64,000 bases of DNA from Mobula hypostoma (Eukaryota), in assembly GCF_963921235.1 (NCBI RefSeq), contig NC_086097.1:137332001-137396000 (forward strand), written 5' to 3'. Under the pieces are notes generated by a model. The model saw only the letters and a program-made list of their open reading frames with translations, ran no database searches and was not told where the DNA came from. The translations under genes were made by a program, and so were the position numbers. Position 1 is the stretch's first letter. Each line of letters opens with the position of its first letter. Below, piece by piece: positions 13,065 to 25,832 of this stretch.

Positions 13065-13570
13065 ACACAGAACGTGCAGGAAATACTCAGCAAGGCAGGC
13101 AGCTTCTGTTGTGAAAGAAAGAGGACCAACATCTCAGGCCCTAACATTTTATTAAAGATGGGAAAAGGCAGAAATCAAACATATCTTAAGTTTCAGAGCA
13201 GAAGGGGAGGAAGAGGTGAAGACATAAACTAAATATGGAGAGGGGATGATGTAAAGGGCTTCTCATCCAGTCTCCAAGGGTGACCCTAAGTTTCACGTTG
13301 CCCATCACTTTATTTCTCCATAATGATCTCGTTGACATTGTTCCAATTATACTCACACAAGATCAAGGACCGACACCAGATCTTGCCATGTGACATAATA
13401 CAACCTTTACAACTCAATGTTAAGTTCAACAATTTCAGTCATTTGAGTTTGCTTCAAATCTGGCCATTTATGACTAATGCAACATTAATTCTTTCTTTCT
13501 CCAGCTGACCGGCTGAGTATTTTCAATATGCTGTTTTTTATTTGTTTTTCTTCATCTGCAGTGTTTTTCT
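13065..13570. mobile_element. Highly decayed Penelope-like element fragments
   Basis: aggaaatactcagcaaggcaggcagc terminus, VAHHF-like GIY-YIG tail remnant near 13297, inverted terminus near 13505. Confidence 0.5.
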
Positions 13571-13638
13571 TCAGTTGAATTTCATTTGCAACACTTCCCC
13601 TCCATCTTTTCTCCATTTTCATTCATCTTCCTCTGTGA

Positions 13639-13717
13639 CAGGGGGTCTCAACCTTTTTCATGCAACGGACCAATACCATTAAGCAAGGAGTCCTTGGTGC
13701 CGGGTTGGGTATCGCTA
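13639..13717. mobile_element. Approximately 80-bp hAT-type mini-MITE
   Basis: cagggggtctcaacc...ggttgggtatcgcta; 8-bp TSD ctctgtga/ctctatga. Confidence 0.75.
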
Positions 13718-13817
13718 CTCTATGACTACATCACCACCAACTTATCTCCACTGACAACTTGTTAGACTCCACCCTATCAGACATTCCTTTCCTTCCCTTC
13801 ATCCCTTCTCCACAACC

Positions 13818-14205
13818 TGGGGGATCTCACTGAAACCCTTCAAATGTTGAAAGGCCTAGACGGAGTAGATGCAGAAAGGCTGTTTCCCATAGTGGGAGAG
13901 TCTACGACAAGAGGGCACAGCCTCAGAATAGAGGGGCATCCATTCAAAACAGAGATGCGGAGAAATTTCTTGAGCCAGAAGGTGGTGATTTTATTTGTTG
14001 CTACGTGCAGCTGTGGAGGCCAGGCCGTTGGGTATATTTAAAGCAGAGATTGATAGGTTCCTGATTGGACACGGCATCAAAGGTTATGGCGAGAAAGCTG
14101 GGAAACGGGGTTGAGGAGAAAAAAAAGGGATCAGCCATGATCGAATGGCGGAGCAGACTCGATGGGCCAAATGGCCTAATTCTGCTCCTATGTCTAATGG
14201 TCTTA
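13818..14205 (+). mobile_element. CR1 LINE 3' fragment
   Basis: GDL...LKGLD...TRGHSLRI...RRNF; 3' UTR ending tctaatggtct. Confidence 0.9.
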
Positions 14206-15934
14206 ACCTCAAATATCTACCTTCTAATTGTGTGGGGAAAATCGTATCAATGCGCAGAGGGTTTTCAGCATTCTCTGATGGTCTATTTTACACTCAGCAT
14301 TAGAACAATTGGATTGACAGCCGGATTATGCATTATTTTCAAGACCAACCAGTCATACAAAGAATTAAAATACCAATTGAAGTTAAACCCCTTTAAAATT
14401 GTAAGCAATTCCTCCAACCTGTCCAAGCTTATCAAAATTCTTCAAAATTCAGCAATAATTACAGAAACAAGCCAAAGAAAAGATAAGCACAATTCCCATG
14501 GTAACAAACCAGCTGTAAACAGCAAGCAGGAAATTTTATTAGCTTCTCCTCTAAAACCATCAATAAATTTGAAGCAATCTCCCAATTCCAGTTACATGAA
14601 ACTTAAATACTGTGTGAATTCCAATACAAAAAGAATATTCTGGAAGCCAGTTTGCTATTGTCTCAAATGTGTGGTGTATAGATAAAGCAGTTATGAATAC
14701 GTTACACAGATCTTTTGGCCTCTTTTCTGAAAGAGTTCTCAAATCAACACAATCATCCCAATCTCTCTTTGTAATATTGACAATAGTTCATTTAATATTT
14801 ATTTAGTGTTTATTTTAATTTTTAGTTGGAAGCTATTTTTGCTTCCACCACCATTTTAGGCAATGGATTTCAGGTTTTATCATATTAAAAATAATCTTCT
14901 GCCAATCAGCGTAAATCTGTTCATTGAATGGCTGCCACCTATTGGAAATTTCCCTCAACTTTGATGTTCCAAGAGGAACAACGCCAGCTTCTCTGGAATA
15001 GCAACAATCATTTCCTGGGGATACAAGACGTCTACATTTGTTATACCTTGCAATTTATTCAATATTTGAGTAAACACAATTTGAATATGTTGTCAATGTC
15101 TTTTATGGAGCAGTTCACAACCTTGATGTAAATTCACAGATGAATAAAAATGATTAAGAGAATCCAGGAGATGAAGTTTGAATGGGCTAACCCTATATTT
15201 AATTATCCGGTACAGAAATGTCACGCTAGATTTCTACCAGCACTAAGTATGAATGCATCATCACATGGCACTGGCATTCAACTCCAATTCTACTGAAACA
15301 AACAGATGTGCAAATGTACTTGGACACAATATTAAATAACTTGCCTCACCACAGGGAAGTTACACTTCTTTTGTGTAGTACTTAACATCCTGCCGATATA
15401 ACAATATAATTTATCAATAAATAGACATTTCCAGAGCAAAAATGAATATAAAACATATACAGTACAACAAATATTACAGACATTTCATATTGTTCACAGT
15501 ACAACCACCTTCCATTCTCTCACAATTCTTTCTATGCACTTTCACAAGAGGTTTGAAGTTTTAATTACACTTGGCTCTCAAACCTGGTACATTGAGTGTT
15601 TTATTTTAAGTTCATGAAAGAGTTTGGCCACCCCCTGTGCTACCCAGAGCAAGGGATACCTTATTAATCTTCTATACAGATGTTGCTTGATCTTTCTAAG
15701 CTTTGGGACATCGGACGTCATGAAAGGTGCAAGTGTTTTTGTTTATTGATCCATTGTAATTGATGTTATTCAGCCACCATTTACAATCGAGACTCAATGA
15801 ACTTCATAAATTTTAGGCGTCATCATTGGGAGCCAGTCTTGGCTTGTATGGAATTGGAAGTTCCATTCTAGAAACCCGCACACATCTTTCAGATGGAATA
15901 TTAACTATGGCCCCAAGATCTCTCTCAGGTTTAT

Positions 15935-16010
15935 ATAAAACGTCCCATAGCACTACTACAAAGAAGAACAATAAAGTTCTTGAGCAAGTTTCAGGGTCCT
16001 GGGCAACACG
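15935..16010 (+). mobile_element. DeuSINE-like (SacSINE1/AmnSINE-type) core fragment
   Basis: taaaacgtcccatagcactact...aagaagaaca...gggtcctgggcaac resembles the Deu core as recalled. Confidence 0.5.
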
Positions 16011-16142
16011 GATTCTTCACTTTGCACTAAAATGAACTGTTTTGCTTTTATCCCTAATTGTATTCTTTCTTGTAAACATAAATTAAACATAACTTATGTA
16101 CAATTTTGTTTTACTGTGAATGCTGTTTATATGATGCAATGT

Positions 16143-16410
16143 TTTAACGGTTCCAATTAATATCAGAGAATGTATATGGTATACAACCTGAAATTCTTGC
16201 TCTGCACAGACATTCATGAAACAGAAGAAAACCCCCCAAAGAACGAATGACAGGAAAATGTTAGCAAGCCCCCCCCATGCACAAGCAGCAGCAAAAGCTT
16301 CAGCCCTCCCCCACCTGCCTCAGCAAAAGCTTCAGCCCCCCACCACCCTCAGTGAAAGCAGCAGCCCCCACATCAGCAATAGCAAAGCCCCTAAAGACAC
16401 CATGATTTAG
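16143..16410 (-). mobile_element. Unclassified SINE-like element with short internal direct repeats
   Basis: Tail related to 40690-40805 and 61010-61600; internal repeat cagcaaaagcttcagccc occurs twice. Confidence 0.5.
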
Positions 16411-17309
16411 AGAATACGCTGCAGTGCTGCCGCAAGTAAGTTTTCGTTGCGCCTGTGCACACGTGTACTTTCTCAAATGACAGTCAACTCAACTTTGACG
16501 TTACTACAGTCAACATCACAGAACTGTTTGTGGAAAGTCACTGTCCTGCAATATAAAAGCCATACCTACTTCGGGACAAGGGAGCTACAATGTAAATGCA
16601 AGTCTTCCTTTATTAGCATAACTGTACAGAGCTATTCAGCAATAACCACTAGGGCACCTATATTTGGAAATGCCGTCTCCATCCACACACCAAGTTACCA
16701 GTGCATGTGCATTATCTTGCTGTTGACCTTGTGCAATAACTTGACACAACCTAATTTCCATGACATTGCTAATGTTAGTCTTGCACTATTGACACCTCAG
16801 GGTGGGTCACTAGGCAATGACAGGGCCAAATGCATTGAGACACTTCTAGATTACTGGGAACTCTGAGAAGTGGCACACTTGATGCTTCTCCATTAACTGC
16901 CAGGAGTGAGATTGGATAGTCTCCTGCATATATTACAAATGCAATGACCTAAAGAGTTCAGCACTGTCTACACAGAGAAGAGCTATCTGTGAGACTGATA
17001 GCTAATGAAACATGCAGCTCTTAAATCAATGGTACAATGGGTACAAACCATCCAAAGGAAACAGTGGGGAGACTCATCAACTGTACTCTGATTACACAGT
17101 CGAACAACACAAATTCTCTCTCTGAGAAGGGTGACAGGAGCAAAATCATGGGAACATCTTTACTCCAAGCTCCCATCCAAATCACTCAGTACACTGACTT
17201 AAGAACCTATATTTAGTGTCGATTTCCACTACCGGAGTGTGCATGGTATAGCCTGTGATGCACTATTAAAGTCTGCAATTAACAAAATATAGCGGCCAGT
17301 TGTACACAA

Positions 17310-17545
17310 CAGGCTCCCACATGCAGCAATGTGATAATGATCAGACACTGATGTTGTTTTATAGATAAATATTTGAAATAGTGCTTTTGGGATATTTTAT
17401 GACCACCTGAGAGGCAGACGAGACCTCAGTTGAATCAAAGGATCACATTTTTTTATGAGCACAGTTTCCACACATTGGAGCGTCTCCTTAGGGTATCAGC
17501 CTAAATGTTTGTTCTCAAGCCTGCAACATGGCAACTGAGCCACCA
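17310..17545 (-). mobile_element. DeuSINE-like SINE
   Basis: gggatattttatgaccacctgagaggcagacgagacctcagtt resembles the Deu domain; the tRNA-head end is actgagccac. Confidence 0.6.
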
Positions 17546-20500
17546 GGGTCTGCCTCAGAAGTGCAGGCCTTACCCAGCCAGTGCAGCATGCACTGCCACT
17601 TGCTCATCATCTTTAGGTGAAAGTCTTAAAATGAATTGCCTAACATCCTCATTGGCGCAGTACCTGAACCCTATGGGTTTTAGGGGTTAAATCACAGGGT
17701 GCATTATTATCTTCTCAGGGAAACCAGTAGACCCAGTATCTGGGGTGCAAACATCTTTATCCTTCATCACCTTTGTCCTGCAGTTTCTTTGAGGCTATTT
17801 TGAATAGCAGCTCTGCGATAATACAGACTGTGTTTCCAGCCATCAGCTGCCTCAAACATCTACTGAAGCTGCAACCAGCAGATGCTTCATATAAATAGGA
17901 GGGGTTGACATCAGCACACTGCAGTGCTGATTACAAGATTGCGGTCGACAGCTAGTCAGTGACATAGATGCAAGATAAATACGGTGTATGTCAGAACTAG
18001 AAGAGCTGTGTTAGTTAAAGCTTTTTTTCACATACTGTATAATTACATAAAATTTGTAGCATAGAAACAGGATCTCCAACTCAACAAGCCTTTGTTGGAG
18101 GTTATGCTCCACATAAGCATCCTCACAACCTCATTAATTTTTAACATGCTGCCAATGAACTGGCCACCTGTACTTTGAAAGGTTGCTTGCAACTCATAAA
18201 TACTGAGCTCTCTTCAAAGATAAGCTTCAATTGAGCAATTATTTGCATCTGGTACGGTTTGTAATCCAAACTTCCCAAATATATAGTCCAGTGTTTGATT
18301 TCAAAGATACTGTGGTTGCATTTTTAATTTTGAATATTTTATTAAGAGAGTGTCGACAGCAAACTGTTTGCTCCTCCAGCAAAGGTGATCCCATAAATAA
18401 ACTTCCCTGGTTGCTAATTTTTAACCTATCATATTTTAAAAATATTGTGCATTCCCCAACTTCAGACAATTCCAAAGTGATTTGCAATTAATTGATTTGA
18501 CTATTGAAAGTTTTCATGGAATTTAATGAGTATGATACTGGGAGAGCAGCTACCCTTTTTACCCAACAATCCAATATTTGAATAGCAAATTATCTGTGGT
18601 GATTTTATACAGAATGTGCTTGAGGTTGTGGATTAGCCCAGGCAGTTCTTGACTCTATATAAAGACTGATCTGTTAAACTCAGTTCAGCTGTATAGATTA
18701 CTATCCTCTGTGCAGTTACTGGATTGCAGAACCAACTCCTGAATAAGTCATTTACTTGGATTAGGATTCACTGAGGAGGCAAGGCTAGAATTGAAAAGTT
18801 GAGAGAGTTTATGAAAATGTAAAGAAGGAGAAGAAAAGCAAAAACTAAACAAAAGCTGCAAGACAGAACATCTGCCTTCAAGCACTATCATCTTCAATAT
18901 TGGCCAACAACTTGAAACACACACAGTGAAACATACAAAACATTTTTTCCAAGAACAAATTCTGTAAACACAATTGTGTTCAAGGTACCAGTACTTCCCT
19001 TCAATGCCAATATACCACCTAATGGTAAAAGTTAGCATGTAATGGTGTTTCATTCTATAAATAATTTAAGAACAACTTTTAAAATAATGAAGACATTGGA
19101 CCAGCTCCTGCCATCCAAGTAAGAGTGAACATTATAGACACACCACATACTATTGAACAGCAATTTCAAGCAAGCATTTGTAGAGGCAAACTTTAAAAAA
19201 AACTTTTGCATGTGCATAGGATCACAGGGCACTAAACTATGATAGGCAACATTCAAAATTTAAATACAACTCCCGGCAAGATCAATAGCAACATGGTGAA
19301 AGAGAGAATTCACTTTTAAAAAATTCTTATGTTTATAAGAGATGCATTTTATTCCAGATCATTGGACTTGCTGGTTTTAAACTGCTAATGACATGAGCCT
19401 AGCTGGGTTTCCTGTGATCCATGAACCTGATGACAGCCCTATTGTGCCAGCACCAGAAATACTCACAAGGCTAAAATTGATATAGTTAAGGTGGTGTGAA
19501 TTTCATCTTGCATCAGGCTAACTCACAGATCTAATATTGAAAGCAGTCATTGAATTTAAGATGTCACCAACCCAGCTATAATTGAATCAAGTAGTGAATT
19601 AAGTGACTCTGGAAAAGCAAAATACATAGCGACCTCGAACACACTGGATAGAACGAAGACGGCAAGGTAATTCTCTCTTTCAATCACAGCTGTAGCAACA
19701 CCGCTCTGAGTGACTGGAATTGACTTTACACATTCTGTTTACCACCTTGACAGGATGATTACGGGAAGCCCGCGCTTCTTTGCTCTCGAGATAATGGCGA
19801 GCTGTGTGCCTTCAAACACTGCAAGTACTTTATAGTGAAGATACTTCACAATGCTATCGCATTGAAAGTTTTAGAATTTAGACCCAGTAGTGATAAAGGA
19901 ATTATGATATATTTCCAAGTTGACATGGTAGATGATTTGAAAGGGGGCCTGCACGCTATGGTGTTTTGATGTACTTCCTACCATTGCCCTTTCAATCATA
20001 TAGGTCACTGATTCATGAGACACTGTCACAGTCCCCAAACACGTAGGATAGTACAGACTATAGCCACATTGTAGTGGTGGGCTAGGGAGCAAGGGTTCGT
20101 TACGGTCAGGCTGCTGCCTTGTTCATCTTGCCTTGCTGTGGATGGCGTCAAGGTTCTTGAGTGTTAACGGTGATGCAGACAAGTGAAACATTTTCAAACA
20201 CAAACCTGACTTGTGTCTTATAGATCGCTGGGAAAATGTTGGAGAGCCAGGAGGCAAGTCACCAGCTTCAGGATATCCGTTCTCTGAACTACTCAGAGTG
20301 AGACGTTTACCTTCAAGTTTCTTTACAGGGAAGAAATAGGGCTGAACTGAATACGTCATAGCAAACGGAATCCGTGAAACTCACTTTATCACCAGGCTAG
20401 TCTTTGCAAATCAGAAATCTGTTTACATCCAAACATGATATTTTATTAAACCAAAAATAATTGACCTGTTGAAGACTATTCTGTTGGGAGTTCAGTTTAT

Positions 20501-20749
20501 GATGCATTGTTGATATTTTCTGAAGGCTTTGCATTTTATACTTGAAGATTCTAAAGGCATAGGATCCGTGGCTTTTAAGTGATCTTTCGTCTCCCTTGCC
20601 AGAATCAGGAAGGATAACCTTTTTAAACTCTCCGCGCTGTCCTGTTACGTCACGCGCCTGCGCAGTCTCGTCCTTCTTGCACTCGAATAAGTTTTTTTTA
20701 AAAACTGCCTTCCTTCAGAATTCAGCTCCCACGCCGCTCTGCTTGTCCC

Positions 20750-23700
20750 AATCCAAAAGACCGTGTCAGGGATCTGGAGCTGCAGCTGATGACCTACTGC
20801 TTATTAGGGAAAGTGAAGAGATGATAGACGGGGGCTACAGGGGTCAGAAAACTGGGTGACTGTCAGGAGAGAGAAGGAGACTTCCCGGATAGTGGAGAGC
20901 ACCCCTGTGGCTGTCCCCCTCAGTGACAAGTATCTTATTCTGGATGTTGTTGAGGGGGATGACCTGACAGGGGACGTCCACGGTGACTGGGTCTCTGGCA
21001 CTGAGCTTGGCGCTGCTGTGCAGGAGGGAAGGAGGGAGAAGAGGAATGCGGTAGTCATAGGGGATTCCATAGTCAGGGGAACAGACAGGAGATTCTGCGA
21101 GCCTGATAGAGATACCCGCATGGTGTGTTGCCTCCCTGGTGCCAGGGTACAGGCTGTCTCGGATCAGGTCCAGAATATTCCGAAGGGAGAGGGCGAGCAG
21201 CCAGTTGTCTTGGTACATGCTGGTACCAATGACATAGATAGGATGAGGGAGGAGGTCCTGAAGAGAGATTTCCGGGAGTTAGGAAGGAAGCTGAGAAGCA
21301 GAACCTCCAGGGTAGTAATCTCAGGATTGCTACCTGTGCCACATGCTAGTGAGGGCAAGAATAGGTAGGATCAGGAAGATGAATGCATGGCTGAGAGACT
21401 GGTGCAGGGGGCAGGGCTTCAGATTCTTGGATCATTGGGATCTCTTCTGGGGGAAGTATGACCTGTTCAAAATGGACAGGTTACACCTGAACCCGAAGGG
21501 GACCAACATCCTGGTGGGAAGGTTTAATAGAGCTGTTAGGGAGGGTTTAAACCAATCTGGCAGGGGGATGGAAACCAGAATGATAGAGCGGAGGAAGGGG
21601 AAAACAGAAATAAATCTAAGATAGTGAGCAGTAAAGATGTCAGGAAAGACAGGCAGGTGATAGGGCAAATTTGTAGCCATTGGGATGATTTGCAGTGCAA
21701 TCAAAGCAAAAAGTATCAAATACTGGTCTTAAGGTGTTATACTTAAATGCACGCAGCATAAGGAGTAATGTGGATGATCTTGTTGTACAGCTATAGATTG
21801 GCAGGTATGATATTGTGGCCATCACTGAGACCTGGCTAAAGGATGCATGTCTCTGGGAGCTGAACGTCCAAGGATACACGGTGTATCGACAGGATAGGAA
21901 GGTAGGCAGAGGGGGTGGCGTGGCTTTATTGGTAAGAAATGATATTAAATCATGAGAAAGAGGTGATATAGGATCGGAAGGTGCAGAATCTTTATGGGTT
22001 GAGCTAAGAAATCACAGGGGTAAAAGGACCCTGATGGCAGTTATTTATAGGCCTCCAAACAGCTGCAGGGATGTGGACTACAAATTACAACAGGAAATAG
22101 AAAAGGCTTGTCAGAAAGGCAGTGTTATGATAATTGTAGGGGAATTTAACATGCGAGTAGATTGGGAAAATCATGTCGGCACTGGATCTCAAGAGAGAGA
22201 ATTTGTAGAATGTCTGCGAGATTGCTTTTTAGAACAGCTTGTTATCGAGCCCACTAGGGGATCGGCTGTACTGGATTGGGTATTGTGTAATGAACCGGAG
22301 GTGATTAGAGAGATAGAGGTGAAGGAACCCTTAGGAGGCAGTGATCATAACATGATTGAGTTCACTGTGAAATTTGAAAAAGAGAAGCCAAAATCCGATG
22401 TGGCTGAGAGACTGGTGCAGGGGGCAGGGCTTCAGATTCCTGGATCATTGGGATCTCTTCTGGGGGAAGTATGACCTGTTCAAAATGCACAGGTTACACA
22501 GGTATTTCAGTGGAGTAAAGGAAATTATAGTGGCATGAGAGAGGAACTGGCCAAAGTTGACTGGAAAGGGACACTGGCAGGAAAGACGGCACAGCAGCAG
22601 TGGCTGGAGTTTATGCGAGAAGTGAGGAAGGTGCAAGTCAGGTATATTCCAAAAAAGAAGAAATTTTCGAATGGAAAAAGGATGCAACTGTGGTTGACAA
22701 GAGAAGTCAAAGCCAAAGTTAAAGCAAAGGAGAGGGCATACAAGAAAGCAAAAATTAGTGGGAAGACAGAGGATTGGGAAGTTTTTAAAACCTTACAAAA
22801 GGAAACTAAGAAGGTCATTAAGAGGGAAAGGATTAACTATGAAAGGAAGCTAGCAAATAATATCAAAGAGGATACTAAAAGCTTTTTCAGTTATATAAAG
22901 AGTAAAAGACAGGTGAGAGTAGATATAGGACCGATAGAAAACGATGCTGGAGAAATTGTAATGGGAGATAAGGAGATGGCGGAGGAACTGAACGAGTATT
23001 TTGCATCAGTCTTCACTGAGGAAGACATCAGCAGTATACCGGACACTCAAGGGTGGCAGGAAAGAGAAGTGTGCGCAGTCACAATTACGACAGAGAAAGT
23101 ACTCAGGAAGCTGAATAGTTTAAAGGTAGATAAATCTCCCGGACCAGATGGAATGCACCCTCATGTTCTGAAGGAAGTAGCTGTGGAGATTGCGGAGGCA
23201 TTAGCGATGATCTTTCAAAAGTCAATAGATTCTGGCATGGTTCCGGAAGACTGGAAGATTGCAAATGTCACTCTGCTACTTAAGAAGGGGGCAAGGAAGC
23301 AAAAAGGAAATTACAGACCTGTTAGCTTGACATCGGTGGTTGGGAAGTTGTTGGAGTCGATTGTCAAGGATGAGGTTACAGAGTACCTGGAGGCATATGA
23401 CAAGATAGGCAGAACTCAGCATGGTTTCCTTAAAAGAAAATCCTGCCTGACAAACCTATTACAATTTTTTGAAGAAATTACCAGTAGGCTAGACAAAGGA
23501 GATGCAGTGGATGTTGTATATTTGGATTTTCAGAAGGCCTTTGACAAGGTGCCACACATGAGGCTGCTTAACAAGATAAGAGCCTATGGAATCACAGGAA
23601 AGTTACATACATGGATAGGGTGTTGGCTGATTGGCAGGAAGCAGAGAGTGGGAATAAAGGGATCCTATTCTGGTTGGCTGCTGGTTACCAGTGGTGATTC

Positions 23701-24486
23701 ACAGGGTTCCATTTTGGGGCCACTTCTTTTTACATTGTACATCAACGATTTGGATTATGGAATAGATGGCTTTGTGGCTAAGTTTGCTGATGATACAAAG
23801 ATAGGTGGAGGGGCTGGTAGTGCTGAGGAAACAGAGAGTCTGCAGAGAGACTTGGATAGATTGGAAGAATGGGCAAAGAAGTGGCAAATGAAATACAATG
23901 TTGGAAAGTGTATGGTTATGCACTTTAGCAGAAGAAATAAATGGGCAGACTATTATTTAAATGGGGAGGGAATTCAAAGTTCTGAGATGCAACGGGACTT
24001 GGGAGTCCTCATACAGGATACCCTTAAGGTTAACCTCCAGGTTGAGTCAGTGGTGAAGAAGGCGAATGCAATGTTGGCATTCATTTCTAGAGGAATAGAG
24101 TATAGGAGCAGGGATGTGATGTTAAGGCGCTGGTGAGACCTCACTAGGAGTACTGTGGGCAGTTTTGATCTCCTTATTTAAGAAAGGATGTGCTGACATT
24201 GGAGAAGGTACAGAGAAGATTCACTAGATGTGAAGAATTTTTTTTGCCAGAAGTTGGTGAATCTACGGAATTTGTTGCCACGGGCGGCAGTGGAGGCCAA
24301 GTCATTGGATGTATTTAAGGCAGAGATTGATAGGTACCTGAGTAGCCAGGGCATCAAAAGTTATGGTGAGAAGGCGGGGGAGTGGGACTAAATGGGAGAA
24401 TGGGTCAGCTTATGATAAAATGGCGGCGCAGACTCAATGGGCCGAATGGCCGACTTCTGCTCCTTTGTCTTATGGTCTTACGGTCT
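20750..24486 (+). mobile_element. Near full-length CR1 LINE: ORF1 with SGNH/GDSL esterase, ORF2 with APE endonuclease and RT (inactivated)
   Basis: ORF1: VIGDSIVRG, CCLPGARV, VHAGTND, DRLHLN. ORF2: YLNARSI, ITETWL, IYRPP, GGSDHN, KSPGPDG, YLDFQKAFDKVPH, KFADDTK. 3' tail gtcttatggtcttacggtct. Stops, frameshifts and a deletion near 24228. Confidence 0.95.
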
Positions 24487-25832
24487 CTGCTTAGTGATAT
24501 CTAATGCAGGGACTTCCAACTGGGGAAATAAATTTATCCAATCTAGATTAAATCTAATAACCATATAACCATATAAACCATATAATCCATTTCAATTGCC
24601 ATAATTATGTGGGCACATCTGGAGTACTGCTGAGATTACTACCTGAACTTAAAATGCTGAAAATCTCAATGAGTCAAGCAGCATCTGTGGAGGCAAAAGA
24701 TGCAAGTCGACGTTAAGGAGTTGCATCAGGACCATTTTGAAGAAGGTTTCCTCCTCTCTACAATGGGATATCCACAAGTCTCTCTTCCTCTGTGGTCTCT
24801 GCTCTTCTCTGCTCCAGGACAACATCTTCATCTTTATACTACTTGAATTTACTGTGTGCAGCTGCAAGTACTTATCCAAAAAGTGAGGAATTTCAAAGGT
24901 TAGAAGAACTTAGCTTGAAAGCAGATATATTTTGCTTTACAGTCATAAGCAGGATTTTAGAATCAGAAGAAGCAGAAAGCTGAAGCAAACAGACATCCTT
25001 TTTTCCACAGAGTCTCTTCAACATATAGAATGAAAAATCTGCGAAGATTAGGAATAGGAAGCACAAAGATGATGCATTCTTGGCATTTAAGGTAGATTGG
25101 GAGACTGTAGTCATACATATAGGACTTTCTAATCGGGGGGGAATTAGTTATTATAGTAAGAATTGCTGCTTGATTGAAACAAATTTTACAAAAGCACAAA
25201 ATACCTCTATGAACAAGTTCACCTGAGCTAATCTACACACTGGCACATACACTTTTCTGCCATTGTGGCTTGACTCACACAATAATATGCAATTCTCTCA
25301 ACAGCAGCACCTCACAGTATTGTTTGATGAATCTTTAACTGTTCTTTTCCACTTTAGTTGGTTGACATATAATACTACTGTCATTCATCCCACAAAGTTA
25401 ACTGGTGCTGCTTCTAAACTGCAGCAGAGGCTGTGTTAGGCCACTGGACTGCACAACACAATATCCCATGGTACCATTCATGTCCACAGTTGATGCATTA
25501 ACACTGAGCTTCTGATTTGGTATGCCTTTAGTCATTTTAAACCACTGCATTAAAATCCAGTCCATACACTTAATACAGATCTTCATTCTGATCCATTACA
25601 ACCAGAGTAAATCTTATTTCAACCAGATTAGATGCCTTTTAACTGTGTTTCACTGCATCAGATCAACACTGTGCACAAAGCCCCAAAAGAACTCATTCTT
25701 TAAGCTCAGTCCTCTTATTCGTTACACACTTTGTCAACTACAGGGCAACAGAATATTGAATAACACACTTTTGGGCCACACGACGTAGAGAAGTACAGGA
25801 TGTTTCTTCCTTTCCCACAAGACAATCTTGCT

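Noticed and set aside
14065..14685. 206-aa ORF
   Set aside because: Non-ATG start in a CR1 3' UTR running into AT-rich DNA; no recognisable domain.
19740..19870. Exon-like CpG-containing stretch
   Set aside because: The minus-strand translation I checked resembles nothing I recognise, and there is no convincing splice-site pair.
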